Assembly (NCBI GenBank): GCA_038496445.1
Contig: JALMLS010000179.1
Span: 62,001 to 126,000 of the forward strand
Direction of reading: 5' to 3'
DNA: 64,000 bases
Source of the DNA: Trichosphaerium sp. ATCC 40318
Taxonomy: Eukaryota; Protista; Tubulinea
In this document: positions 1-13,458 of the stretch, piece by piece
How the letters are laid out: every line of letters starts with the position of its first letter
Position numbering within the stretch: position 1 is the stretch's first letter
Notes under the pieces: generated by a model
What the model saw: the letters and a program-made list of their open reading frames with translations, nothing else
The model's database searches: none
What the model was told of the DNA's origin: nothing
Program-made: the position numbers and the translations under genes

Positions 1-228
1 CAGTGACAATACCTCAGAGTGATTTCGAACAATGGTTATAGCATACAAGTGATGGTTGTGTAGACATCTGTCATCGCAAATTCTGACACCTTACCGAGAA
101 CTACCATCGGAAGGAGTGCTATTTAACGTACTACAGAGCAAGCCTACCTGAACAGGAATTGAAGAGAAGTTGATCAAATTTCGGAAAATAACAGACTTTA
201 ATTCAACCCTTTAAAGTACTCTCACAAC

Positions 229-2154
229 ATGGCAGAAAGCTCAGGGAGTGAAACGCATACCGCCGGTAACAGTAGTAAAGCCTTTAAACCCAAAAAACAC
301 GTATTGGATGAAAACGTCCTAAAAGCGTTCGTTGAGCAAGAGAAAGTGCGTTTGTAGGAGTGAATTAGTTGACTTACACAAAAACAAGCCTATTCTTGAA
401 CAAGACGCTATAGCTCTCGCTAGGAAGTACGTCAAAAGGATTGAAACCAATAATAAAGGTAAAAAGATCGCAAACAATCTTTAAACTTACGTCGTTAACG
501 GTAGAGTTTGAATCTCCGAACATACTTATCATTGGTAAACGCAATCTAGGCAAAAGAAGTATGTAATTCCGTTACTCTTAAAACCGCTCTACAGAAAATA
601 ACGTCCTTCTTTAGCGTTAATGAATACTCTATTCCACTCCAATATATGCAAAACATTAAAAGGAAGCCAACAATTCACGTATGTGGTATTTCTAACACTT
701 AAAATAACGAATTACTGTAAATTACTTATAAGATGGTTTATAACGTTATTCTTGCATTGTTGACGCCATAAACGTTATTTTAGGCTACTTAAAGCACTAT
801 TTTTAATTTCTTTCATTAGACGTTACGATTTGGCCACATCTAATGTCCAGGTGTATGAATTCGACCTTGTGGGAGAACCTCAGTATCTTTATGATCTATT
901 GAGTGACTTTTTGGAGCAACACTCAAGCGTACAATCACCGGTTAGATAGATTAGATTTTTTTTGAAAAAGCTTCTATTTGTTGACCTAAGAAAAAAGTAA
1001 CACTTGCGCTAGGGCGCCCAATCTAAGGCTATACATGTTGTCTGGTTTGTTGTTGATGCAAAGCAAGGTAAACTAGATGCAACAGAGAAGATAGTAATGG
1101 AGGTACAAGAGATGAAAAAAAAATAAGAAAAATGCGTTTTTTATTTTTAAATCCGTGTGTGTTTGTTTATTTTTTGTTTAGTCAGTACTGGATGATTTAC
1201 CAATGCTTGTACTATTTAACAAGAGTGATACTACAACGCAGAAACAACGGTAAGCAGTTTTCTACGAGTGTCAAATATTTTCTTTTCCAGTTTTTTTTTT
1301 TCGTCTTCACGTTGTCGTTTATCTGTTAGGTTATACTGATAGTCTCTATAGGGATCATCTTAAAAAAGTAGTAGATGATATGAACTTACATAACTTGGTT
1401 GGAACGTACAATACAGTATCTAAGAGGACGCATGGAAAACAGTTTTTCCATGATTTGCATAAAGTCGTTGATGATACTCTTGAACTTCTTCCTCATGTAG
1501 CTAAAGAGGCATTCATCGCAAGTCAGAGTATATCATTACACAGAAAAGAGTGTCTAGCAAAACAAGCTTTGATAACGAGTTACAAAGAATACAAGCATGC
1601 TAAAACAACATCGAAAATGACCGATCTTCTAAAAGCAATGATGGCCAGATTATCTCTTATTTGGGGGTTTCCACTCCAAGCTACATCATGGGAAAGTTTT
1701 TGTACGTATACTTTAATGTTATTAAGAGGTATTCAAACTAATACTTGTATCTTTAGCTAAGGTTGTAACGCACTGTATATCTATTAAAGAAAAAATTAAA
1801 TGGCTGATTAAAACATCTGAACGCGAGCCTGAACGTGTTCATCATCAAAAGATATTCTGTATAGCTTCAGGTGTACTTTGGAATAGGCTACTCCGTAGTT
1901 TATCTATGGAGATCCTTTATGACCTTATACATGATGGTATGAATGAGAAACATATCAAGGAAGAATTTGAGAAGGACTTTAAAACACTTGAAAATGAAAT
2001 TATGAATAAGAAAGAGTTGCGTGTTTTAGAGAATAATATTGATAATCTTGGTATTGAAAAGACGCTTGATATGGAGAGGGAGGTTAGTTTATCATTATTT
2101 GTACATTTAAGAAGAGAAGAGTTACATGACACGGAGGTTGTATACACAAAATAA
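229..2154 (+). CDS. Multi-exon P-loop GTPase-like protein (MMR_HSR1/Era-like fold) with degenerate G motifs
   Basis: Spliced translation gives NILIIGKRNLGKRTLMN (G1-like), HVVWFVVDA, VLFNKSD (G4) and AFIASQ...K. The 3' exons are approximate. Confidence 0.6.
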
Positions 2155-2526
2155 AAATTGGTTGTAAAGAGTGATAATTTATCGTTAGTTTATTGTGCTT
2201 GTAGTATTTATATCTTATTTTAATCATCCAAGTTGTTGTTGACCTCCAGTTAAGATTTATGAACATACCGCTCCACTATGTAAGATTGCGCTGTCCTAAG
2301 TATTTTAGACTCTCCAATGTCAACTCTGTTCTCTTCATCGATTGTGCACGATGCTATTGTATTAACGTTTTTTACAATCTCACAGCTTGTCAATTCTGTA
2401 GTTAAGTTCATCATATGTTGCAATGCAATTGCTACCGCAGCGATACTTGAAATTGAAGATAAGCTTAGTTAGCTTCAGTTTGCTGTAACCAAAGATAGTC
2501 TTTCTACACGTTGTGTAGATGAGCAT

Positions 2527-2604
2527 CTAACAGATGAAGGACTAATAGCTGTTTCTGGAGCTCATACAACTTATCTTAAAGATTGTCTTCGTGTAACATT
2601 ACAG
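2527..2604 (+). pseudogene. Isolated LRR repeat remnant
   Basis: Translates LTDEGLIAVSGAHTTYLKDCLRVT with no surrounding ORF. Same repeat type as at 44.7-45.1 kb. Confidence 0.45.
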
Positions 2605-2952
2605 GTTTCAAAGATCTCCTTCCTGTAATTCATCTAATACGCTGTTCTTCAAAACCTGCCACTGCTGAAGAGCTTGAGATATATCGTATGGTAGAGTAGC
2701 TCCGTCTTGCTATGGAACAGATGAAGAAATACTTGAAGCTGAAGTATGATTCATATCAGCTTATAATGATTAGGGTATACTTCAAGTTTGGTTTTACTCT
2801 TTTTATTGAGATTGCAACTGTTTGAGATTCGAATCCAAAAATAAGTCACGTGACATACAACAATTTTTACGGTAAATCCGGGTCAATTCCGACGTAAAGT
2901 GCTAGAATGATAATTGAATGTAAGTCTAGCTAGACTAGTACAACGTCTAAGA

Positions 2953-4285
2953 ATGGAACCACTTGCAGAGTCGCCAATTGATGTATTGCCACCAGAAATA
3001 CTCACACTAATCCTTGAAATGACCAGTAGCGAGTCTAAAACGCATGCAAGCCACCTAAATCGGAGTTGGCACGCGTTTGTGATGAGTAATACCAAGTTTA
3101 TGGTACAATCACTTATTACCAACTGATTAATCGCGGATAGCATGAGGTTATGAACGCTCTACCACCTAGGGAGATATTTAACGTTAAAGATCACGAAAAA
3201 GATTCAATAGTTAAAGTATGCGGGTTAGTGGCTGCTCATGGCAAGGTAAGTTCATAACACGACCTGCTTCGTAACTTACAACTCAGATTAATAATAAATC
3301 AAATTAACATGCTATTTTTAGCTGTTCATCACGACTATGAACCAAAATAAAAGGACCTTCAAGGTACTCACTGAATATCGTTTTAGAAAGGTATTTAACT
3401 TTCCTTCTACTAGATGTATCAATTAACTTTACCAGAGGAAGGTAACAACAGTAATTGCACGTGGGGTAAACCAAAGGTTATTTTAAACAAATATGAGCGT
3501 GGTCCTTTCCTTGCTTTGATGCCATCAAAGCTTCGTGCTAGAGTGTTCAACACAAAGAACTTCCTACACTTTCGTAGTAAGCGATTCTATTTAAAGATGG
3601 ATATGAGAAAAAAGAAACCAAAGTGGACCAAAACATTTGATTTTGGTCAGCACGTGATTTCTATTAATGATAAAGATTATCCTGATTCGCTTGCTGTGTA
3701 TAACATAGGAAATAGTACTATAGATTTGTGTGATTCGAAAAAGGATGTAATCTTGAAGGTACCTACTTGTGAAGTTAACTCCCTATGTTGCTTTTTTTTT
3801 TGTACTTACGGCTTTTGTTTAGAGTATACCTTTTTCTTCATCTGTCAACAACTATTTTGACTTTGTAGCAGACAATGATAAGCACATATTTTTCTTTCAC
3901 CATACTGGTGAGCTTTTAGTGAGATATAGTGACGGGAGAGAGGAGACTATTTATAGAACAACAAGTTTTGGTGAATTTATTAGTTCAATGTACTTGGGCA
4001 ATAATATTCTTGCACTCCTAGACTTCAATGGCATGGTTTATTTTACCGAATTAGTAGGCAAACAATTACGGCAATTTCATACTTTTCATGTTGCTTCTAA
4101 ATACCTTGCACATTCAAAATGTACGACACTAATTTCATTTTCTTCTTTTTTCTGATTCATCTGATTTTTTTATTCCAGCATGGTGTTACTATGAAAACAC
4201 GGGTAAAATATTTGCAAAAAAATGCTATCTGCCACCAGCTGAAACAGAATACAAAGATGCATCAACCATTTTCTTCTATTACTGA
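2953..4285 (+). CDS. F-box protein
   Basis: N-terminal IDVLPPEILTLILE...LNRSWH F-box motif, followed by several exons. Confidence 0.65.
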
Positions 4286-5790
4286 AATAACACTGTGTTT
4301 ACAAATAAGAACGCTTCCACTGTGCTAAAAAAATACGGAATTATTTAAGATTTCTATTGACATAACCATACAATAATAGAGTGTATCCTCGAGGGAATCT
4401 AACGGTCGCAAAATAAAGATCTTAATATTTATTCTAACCATGTTCCCAATTAAAAATAAACGATTGGTGACAAAGACATTCATTTCCATCAAACATGTGA
4501 TTTATTTGAACATCCAAAGTAAACTACAACTGTCTATGACATCAGTGTCACGCAAGATTGTGAAGTAGCCAGGTAGGAAGGCGTTCAACTACACCATTTT
4601 TAGGGAACACTCCAAGAAATAGTTGCATGTTGGGATTGTAGAGCCGGCCATGCAAAAACAACTTTGTTTTTGTTCTCCTTGTTTGCTTTGTAGCATTTTT
4701 ACCCCTATCATTTTTAAAATCAAAGAGGTTAATGAGAACGTTTTCATTAACAGCGCGCATCCATATTTGCTTTCTCGAATTGATATCATAGATCCTAACT
4801 TAAAACTTCTCATTTATTATCAGGCCCACATGTATAGAAAATAACCTAAGCAAGATCAGACGAGAACTAAGTAAAGATGGAAAAAAGTTTTGTAATTTTA
4901 CAACTTAAATTAAACTATAGGTTGGTCGGGTAGTCTGTGCGGAAGCCATATGAAATATCCATTGGGTATGGTTCTTCAGGGCATTGTCCAACTTTAAATA
5001 CATGAGAACTTGGGAGGATGTGGGATTGGGTAGGAGTTTGTTAAAGGCTAGAATGGATTGAAAAGTAACAAACAACATTACACTTTTGTGGCAATGAATT
5101 TTGACTTTAGTTGGTCATAGCTTGCAAGACAGGAAGGAGTTGGATTCCTGCACGTAATTATTATGCAACATACCTTCAGTTTTTGCGAAGGCGTTCTACC
5201 TGAGATGTCGCAAACGTGATTTCATATGTTTTCATTGTTCTGCAAGTTAAGTCACAAGAGAATTCTGAAGTTCATGAACGCAACAGACCACAATCTACCA
5301 CGCATGGATACTATCCTAATATACTAAAAGACTGACAATTATGCAAGTTTGCAGTAAATCTTGTGTGTTGGCATTATCACACGTGATACTAATATTTTAC
5401 ATTAAAAAAGAAGTTAATTGTTTATTGAGGGTAAAGGTAACACGTTCATGCTGCTAACACACAATTTTCTTACTCTAAACAAGTAATTTTTAATCAAAAA
5501 TAAACGTCAATTTCGTTGAAACCTGACGACAGTTTTATCCGGTATTCCTCGTTTAAACAAATTATTATCCGGTTTTCTCTTTCATTTTACTTGCCTTCTG
5601 TTAGTGGGAACGATTGATTACGTTTGCAGTACTTGACGATTCGCAAAACGTGACCAACCTTTACAAACTTGGCGAAATACTGTACAGATGCAGTATACGA
5701 TTGCGTGTGAGCGTATCGCATCATTAACGTCTATTACGCCTTAAACATCACAAAAAAACACTAAAAAACTGCAAAAAAATAAATAATAGT

Positions 5791-6411
5791 ATGTCCACCC
5801 TACTACGCCGCACAAGGAGAAAATCTTTATCTCAGAAACTTCCAGTGGTGTCTAAAGGGACGCTATACATACGTGTTGACCACGTAAGATACTTGAAAGG
5901 ATGTAAAGCATCACCACGTGATTACTACGTTGAAGTAAGCCTTTGGAATGCAGTATTTAATGAAACTTGCGAAAAACAACGAACGCACAAACAAATCTCG
6001 ACCAACTCAGAAGCGTATTGGGAGACGAGTCTAAAACCTATTACAGTAGAAAGCAGAGGATCACCACTATACGTTGTATTTCGTATAAAGAGAAAAAGGC
6101 GTGTAGGAGCAAGCAAGACATTTGCCAAGTCCGCCGTAAATATAACTGATTTTGGGTGCCTGAGCTTTCCGTTTGGGGGAAGTTTCGATATTCAATTGAA
6201 GCCTCTGGAGTCAAGCACTACACCTATGCTTCGTCTGACACTAGAATACACGCCAGTGGGTTTCTCTAGATCAGGCTTTGAAGAGGTCGCTTTCAGTAGA
6301 TCTGTTGAACAACAAGAGAGCGAAGAACGCTATGATGAGGAAGAAGAAGAAGAAGACGATGAAGATTGTTGCGAAAAAGTGGTTGATATGCGAAATAACC
6401 GTTATTCTTAA
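5791..6411 (+). CDS. C2-domain protein with acidic tail (intronless)
   Basis: GTLYIRV...DYYVEVSL...QRTH...AYWE...VVFRIK C2 pattern in a 206-aa ORF. Confidence 0.7.
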   Translation: MSTLLRRTRRKSLSQKLPVVSKGTLYIRVDHVRYLKGCKASPRDYYVEVSLWNAVFNETCEKQRTHKQISTNSEAYWETSLKPITVESRGSPLYVVFRIKRKRRVGASKTFAKSAVNITDFGCLSFPFGGSFDIQLKPLESSTTPMLRLTLEYTPVGFSRSGFEEVAFSRSVEQQESEERYDEEEEEEDDEDCCEKVVDMRNNRYS

Positions 6412-6559
6412 AGACAAACTCTTCTTTTATGGATCTCTCGGTATCACTTGGAGCTCACAACACAATTTTTCCCTTCTTTAATCTTGTACATTAATTACAC
6501 TTTGTATTTTTATTAAAAACACGTGGTATTAGTAATAAAATACCTTTTCACGGTTTTTC

Positions 6560-9500
6560 ACATTCGTCATCATGAGTTTATGTTAAAGTTCTAAAAATCA
6601 AATGTGTAAGAAAAACTCAAAAGCACAAGTTGAAAAAAAAGTGCTGGCGCAAAGTGGTGCTTACAACTATTGGTAGTGGATTTGTTACAATATTTTAGAT
6701 TCAAAAGAGGGCGTACCTCGAGTTCAGCTGCGCTTGTCTTTGTTAGTGAACCTTCAACAAGTTCAGTAGCAAAATTTGAAGCTGCTTCAAGTTTTGATGA
6801 AGATAGAGCCCTTCGAAGTGGTTTTTTACCGTGCTTTACTTGAGCATTGACGTAGAAAGCTAGTGGTTGAGTTAGAATAAGTATTAACGAACCTTCATTG
6901 AGGCATAAATTCGTACTGATATTAGAAAGCTAAACAACAAGTCAGAGAAAACACAAAAGGATAACAATTTTTTTTTTTACCTCTACGATGCCTTTTGAAT
7001 AAAGCTCGTTATCTGAGCGTACACCTCCTACAATGAATAGAGCCTTTGATATCCTATGCATAGAATGACAGCTTACAGATTTTAACGCCACAGGCATATT
7101 CAATCGAGCCCACGAACCAGTGGCTTTATACAAATATTAGCAAGGAACTTTCCTTTTTTTTTATTTATTGTTTCTGTCGTACCAAGGGCGAATACAAAAA
7201 TATCGCTGTATATTTCGTTATCGCTGCAGCCTCCGTATACTATTAAAGTGTTCTTTAGTGGAATAACACATGCTTCAGATCTAGGACTTGGAGCCTTTGA
7301 AGAACTTAGACATCTTTTCCAATCTAAATAGAATTTTTAGTTCGATTTCTTTTTTGAAAGGATGAAGAGCATACTCAAAGATATCATATCAAAGCAATGT
7401 ATATCCGAAGTATAGCCATTCTTTTTTGTTTCTCCACCAAATATATACCTATTTCGTTGCAAAGCAATGAGTTGTTGTGAATGAAAGAGAAACAGAAAGA
7501 AAAAAACAAGACAACGAACATTTTTTCTTCAACTGCACAGCACGCATGTCCTTTCCTACCACTTGGACCTCCAGCCACGTGACGCCATGAATTTGTTTCT
7601 ATATTGATAACTTAGTACTTGGAAATTATGATGTAGTACTTACCTGCACCAAACACCCACGTGTCAGAAAAGAAAGTTTCCTTCTTTCCTACTTTTCTGT
7701 ATCCGCCATAAATTGCGAAAGACTTTTCAAAAACAGCAGCGCTAGGACGTTTAAATAAAGGACTTCATAAAAAAACAGCAAATGTTTCTTCACTATAAAA
7801 ACGATACAAATCGAGAAAAACAAACAACAACTTTAACTTTGTTTCTTCTTTTTTTTTCGTACCAATGACTTGCACGTGGATGAGGCTTGTCACCGTCGAT
7901 ATGCAAATGCTTCACCTTGAAGCTGCCTACTAACTTTTACTAAAGTGGGTTGTATAAGATACATACGCATGCTTATTGTATAAATCTCATTTGAATATTC
8001 GCCTTTTTCTGTGTACCCTCCAAAGACATAGAGTGTATGCCCAACAAGACAAGATGTATGTCCAGTTATCTTTAAATTAGCATGTGATCCTACAAGATTA
8101 TGTGTATCCCATTTACCGGTCGCTATGGATGGAAATCAGACTTTATCTTTCGTTTTGTTTGATAATTATCATTAAAAATACTTACATATTGAAAAAGATG
8201 TCAGTCCTCCTCGGAACTTATCGCAGCTATCTCCACCGAAAATTACTATTGTATCGCTTCAACAAATTCAAAAGTTAGGTATTACGATAGACCCATTGCA
8301 ATACTTTCTTACCCAACGACGTTAGAGCTATGTTGTGCGCGAACTTGGTATTTCTAAAGAAAAAAATGAGAACGATATTTCTTGCTGAGCATTCTCACCT
8401 TTGACTTATGTGTCTTTTTCTGTTTCTTTTCATTCTTTGCTGTAAGTTGGCTACATATAAGTGACAACTGGTCCAAATCGTTCATCTTCTGGAACCCCAT
8501 CAAAAAGCGCTTCTAAAACAGAAATAATGAGCAGAAGTATTTCACAACTTTGTCTTACGCCATCTATCTTTTCAAGCATCAAGAAATGCTTGTATCGATC
8601 GCTTTCCATTTGCTTCCCAAGAGAAGACTGAGATAGTAGACTCACTGAGAAACAAAAAAACAGCGTTAGCACTGGTGACATCCAAGCTTTAAATCAGAAG
8701 CAAAAGTACGCTCATACCTTCAGAACAAGGCAACTTTCTATGAGAAATATGACCGAAATAGAACAACCCCAAAAAGCTGTAATGATGGTTCTTCATTTTA
8801 GAGACAAGCAATATACTATCTGACCATACGGTAACTACAACTTCACTCACACCTCTATCACTTAGCATAAAAACACCCTAGTAAAAAACTTAGAAAAATT
8901 GTTTAAATCGAAGTCACGTGATTCTAACGTTGTCAAATGTTTTTATCCATTTGCGGCTAGGAACCAAGATTTTGATTTCTGGAGGTACGTATACTCTAGT
9001 AAGCGAGTAAGTAAGGTAATATGATTTCAAATGAAATGTTCACACGGACATTTTCTTTACGACTTCAACGCCTGTCCTTCTAGTTTCTTCACCTTTTCTT
9101 GATGTATTTATTATCGCTCCTATTTCTTCCATTTTTTCAAGCGCTAATTTGACGTTTGGGGTGTCAATATGATCATCAGGGATGCGTTTCAGAACCTCCT
9201 TATTTTTTTATTACTTAAACGTATTTGCGCATTCAGTAGCCGCACCTTTAGTAGAAGGATAAGCCTCAGAGGTCTTTGAACAGGCCTAAATATATTTAAC
9301 TCAAACACGAAGTATTAAATTAAATAGGGTACATGATAAGAAAGTCAGCCACATCAAGTTTACCACCGAATTTTCTTTCGCTCTTGTTCATAAATTGTGT
9401 CGAAAATTTCTTGTATGCACCATGTTTCTTTGCCTTCTTCAAAGCTTGTAGCGCTAAATCATAGCGTCTTACATACTCCGCATACAATTTAAAGAATTGA

Positions 9501-10327
9501 AACTAAATACGATCCAAATTAGTTACAAGACAAGTAACAGAACAAACAAAGCGTGTACATAACTAAGAAACAACTTTCCAATATCATATCGCTGTGGACT
9601 TAGTCTTTTTGTTCTTTCAGCCAACTTTGTATAGAATATAACATGAAATTCAACCAATGTACGCATATTACCGAACATGAGAGCAGATTCCTTTTGATCC
9701 AACAGCTTTGCTGCAATCAACCCAGGCTCTCCTTCCTACGTAGCCTATTTTTAGAGGATGTAGACCTTTAAACTAAAAATTCCTTTTTTTTTTGATTTAT
9801 TTTCGTACGTTGAGCACGTGTTGCAGGTACTCAATATAAATCTTCTCGCTACTTAAGATTTCCTTTACTACTCTAACATATTTTCCCAGTTTATGCTCTA
9901 AGTAGTCTGATTGTAATTCTGTATTTTTCCCAGTTGTTAATCGAAGAGGATGTTTAGAGTTACTCTACTCAAAAAAAACGTTATAATTTAGGGTTTTGAA
10001 AAAAAAAAACTAAAATAAAACTCAAAACTCATTACACCCACCAACGTACCCGAGTGACTCCAGCACGTTTCTTTGTACGTTTCTTATGTGAAGATCTTAC
10101 TGGCCTCGATCCTTCATCACTTCGCGTAACATGTGAAGGCACTGGCTGAACTAAGTTTAAGGGTAAGCAGGAGAAGTTATAAACACCGAAGAACGTTAAT
10201 AATTATAGATTTATATTTTGTTTATTTTTATCGTACTGTTATGTACTGCCTTTCTCGATGCTGCCGTTGTTAGATTCGGGGATGTAAACCATTGCGTGTC
10301 CTTTAATGGTGGTGTTTTTTTTGCCAT
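6560..10327 (-). CDS. RhoGEF (DH)-PH-Kelch repeat protein
   Basis: DH motifs VVKEILSSEKIYIEYL, MFGNMRTLVEFH, FLIM-PVQRPLRLILLLK. Kelch repeats PSGRKGHAC, PSPRSEACV, LFIVGG. The 3' end is approximate. Confidence 0.8.
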
Positions 10328-10602
10328 TTACCAACACGCTTGCTAAAGAAAACAAAATCAGCGTTAACGGGTTGCGCCCGCTGAAAACACGTGAAATATG
10401 ACATTAAGGCAAGATCGCTTTATCGCTAATCCAATTTGGATTGCTCGCACGTCTATCCAAGTAAACCTTCTTTAATACCTATTGTACGAAGTTCTCAAGT
10501 TCTCGTTTCCGCCACCATGTCAAATCAAGTAAATACAAGTTGAAAACCGATTTTATCGAGATTACTTTTTTTTTGTTTATTGCTCTTCAGTCACAAGCGT
10601 AC

Positions 10603-11750
10603 TTAGTAGACTTGTATGTTGCTGAAAGTGATAGATGTGTTTACGTTACAATCTGTATTAGAACTACAAGGTGGGATATCTAACCATGACATTGTAGATG
10701 CTTTGTCTCCCCAGTAAGCAACAGTAAGTACCATACCTGCTCGAAACGCCTCAGTCATAGATGCAAGTCTGTTACAATTTCCAGTATTGTGGTTAAAAGA
10801 TATAGACTTTCCAGATTGCTTCAGAGTCGTTATTATAGTACTAAGTTGTCCGCTACCATCAGTCTGAAATTGAGTGGTAACATCAAAGCTTCTAGTAGTG
10901 TCTATTTGATAGTTTCCTCCTATGACGTTTTCGGTTATGGATGGCAAAGATAACAAGCGTACCTGGGCCGTAAGCGTTGCTGCCTTGGTTTTTAGAATTC
11001 TGACCACAGCCACCGCCATCACAGTTGTAGTAATGGCCATTTGATGGAGTATCACATGTATGTGGAGTAACTTGGAAAGCGTGAGTATTGGCTTCCATCA
11101 CATCCATCTACAATAAAACGTTACTTTTCTTATCTTCAAAGCAATGATTAACCGTGCCTCTGGACAGTATTCGCCACAAACTGTGTTTGCGTCGCAGTAA
11201 TAATCCCCGCATTTGGTGGCGTTAGGTTGGCCGTTGGTGCCAATAGCAGGCATCTTAACGAGGTATCTACAAGCCACGCATTAGCATAAAAAAGCTTTGG
11301 TTATGAGTCCGTGTCAAACAAAAATAGATTGATCACGTGGAAGTTTCTTTTGACAATTGAACAAAACCGTACAAAGCTGCGTTACATGCGCATCCAGCGC
11401 TACTGAGATCCACGGTATATGCAAGGGTCTTGCCAAGAAGTTGTAGTCCAAGAAACATATCTGGTTGGAAAGAGTTCACGCATTTTTCAGCAATGTAGAA
11501 CCTTTGGTTATGCTGCGAAACGACGATAGATCCTACACCGTTTTTGTAAATTTTTCAGTTTATTTTTATTAAGCGCATTGTGCGTACCTGATACCTTTAC
11601 TTTACCGTTATTCCCACCGGACTGTACAATATACGACGAGTTGTTTACTCCACCAACACTTACAGATCCAACAATAACTGCAGTATTACAATCAGCATTG
11701 ATGAGTGCGAAACAGGCAAACACCAAAAGAATAGCTTTTAGTTCAAACAT
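10603..11750 (-). CDS. Secreted glycoside hydrolase family 7 (endoglucanase-like)
   Basis: Signal peptide MFELKAILLVFACFALINA. Motifs CACNAALY, YCDAN, catalytic E-MD-VME-AN, CDGGGC, IDTTRSF, GMVL..AYW, MSWLD. Confidence 0.85.
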
Positions 11751-11816
11751 TTTGGGAGCGTTTTGAAAAAATTTGACAATGTTGTGCCAAAATTGGTACA
11801 CAATTGTAACGGACTC

Positions 11817-13243
11817 ATGAGTAACGTACCACCAGAAGGTGTAAGGATACCTAGAAAACTGTTTTATTAGTACCTAATCTTCTCACTACCAGGCTTGGAA
11901 ATGCGATGCAGACATCTTCACAAGCGATACAGTATTTGTTTGCATGCGAGAGGGGTGCTGTACGACCAAGCCTTCTGTTTTTTGGAAGGGATCATGGCGC
12001 TACTGTAACCCTGAGCTAAGAAGAGTTCTCGAACATATCTGGATAACCGATGAGAAGAACAAGGAGGAATGGAATATGTACGCCTTTTAGTGCTACAATA
12101 CAATACCTTCATTTATAAAAAAACATGCAAAAGAAGTTATATCCACGTGCCCTTTTTGGGTTAGAAATCTAGTTCGCTGAAGCGCACATGCTTCCAAACG
12201 GTCCAATTGAAGCTATGTACTAGCTTACCTGTTTGAATCTAGGAGATTACCGAGCTATGAAGCCCATACTGCTCGATTATCAAAACACATAGAAGAAATT
12301 AAAAATAATAGAACTCAGAACATACTATGCTTACCTTTTGGTGAGCAGGGCTCAACTGTGGCTGAAGGAGTAAGTACTCTACTAACTTTGACAATTTGAA
12401 TGTACTTATGTAGGATTGCCCTCCTCCTAAACGCCGAAAGTATTCACCACAGCGGCAGTTGAATAATGCACTTGCCAGTACTGACTTGTCAATGATGCAA
12501 TTTGACCCTAAAGTGGCTTTAAAATTTTTCCCATCATGGAGCCCAGAGAAGAGACTTATGATTGCAAGTACGTACATAGAACGGAATTAAACGATCTTAC
12601 TACCTATTAGAAAACATCGTCGACAACAATAATAGTACAGTGGCTGGTGTTTTTGATGTTGTCGAACAGCTCAAAATCACAGTGAACATGACCTTGTACA
12701 GAGTTGAATGGGTTTCAATTATACTAAAATGCTTTGAATTTTGCAAAGAGGAGCTTGATTCTACATTAGAATATGCACCCAAATGGTCTAGTAATGAATA
12801 TATTGATCTTTATTGCACTGCTTTACCGCCAGTATACGTATTTGATCTATTTCAGGACAGAACAAAAACGTACTGACTTAAACTCTGTTGTTAAGTGTAA
12901 TCTAATTCGGAACTAGCTTTTTTGAGAAGCTCGACTCAGAATCGTATAATATGCTATTGAATGTGGCTTTAGAATATGCACATGACAGAAAGACAATACA
13001 AATATACTATGTGCTGCTTTGCAACTACTCTGTTTACATAGATAGCGCATGGTACTCTTGTTAAGTCATTTCCTTTTTTGGTAATACAAATTTAGGGTTA
13101 AGCTGTTGGTAAAGATAAGACGCGACCCATCCAACATTAGTACAGTATGTAGAAAACTGGTAGAATCTGATGAATTTACTCTTGAAAAAATGCCAAATAC
13201 CTTTACACTTCTATCAAATGCGATTGTACCATTAGAACAGTAA
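11817..13243 (+). CDS. Hypothetical multi-exon protein
   Basis: Frame stays open across GT-AG introns from MSNVPPEG to ...IVPLEQ*. No family recognised. Confidence 0.5.
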
Positions 13244-13458
13244 GAATGTTGCATGTACAATAATAACATTGACATAATCATTACAACTTTACCAAGTCTC
13301 AGAAGTCTTAGATGTAACGTGCAAACCCCTCTTTTCCTATTATTTGATTGGTGTTAACTCTATTTTATACGTCATATAACTTCTTCACGTTTTCCATATG
13401 GTAGTGCGTGTACTGGGTTGGTCACTTAAAGCGAATTGTTTTGTGTTGAAAAAATATA

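Noticed and set aside
4540-5260. Minus-strand exon-like fragments
   Set aside because: I could not build a consistent spliced frame or recognise a family.
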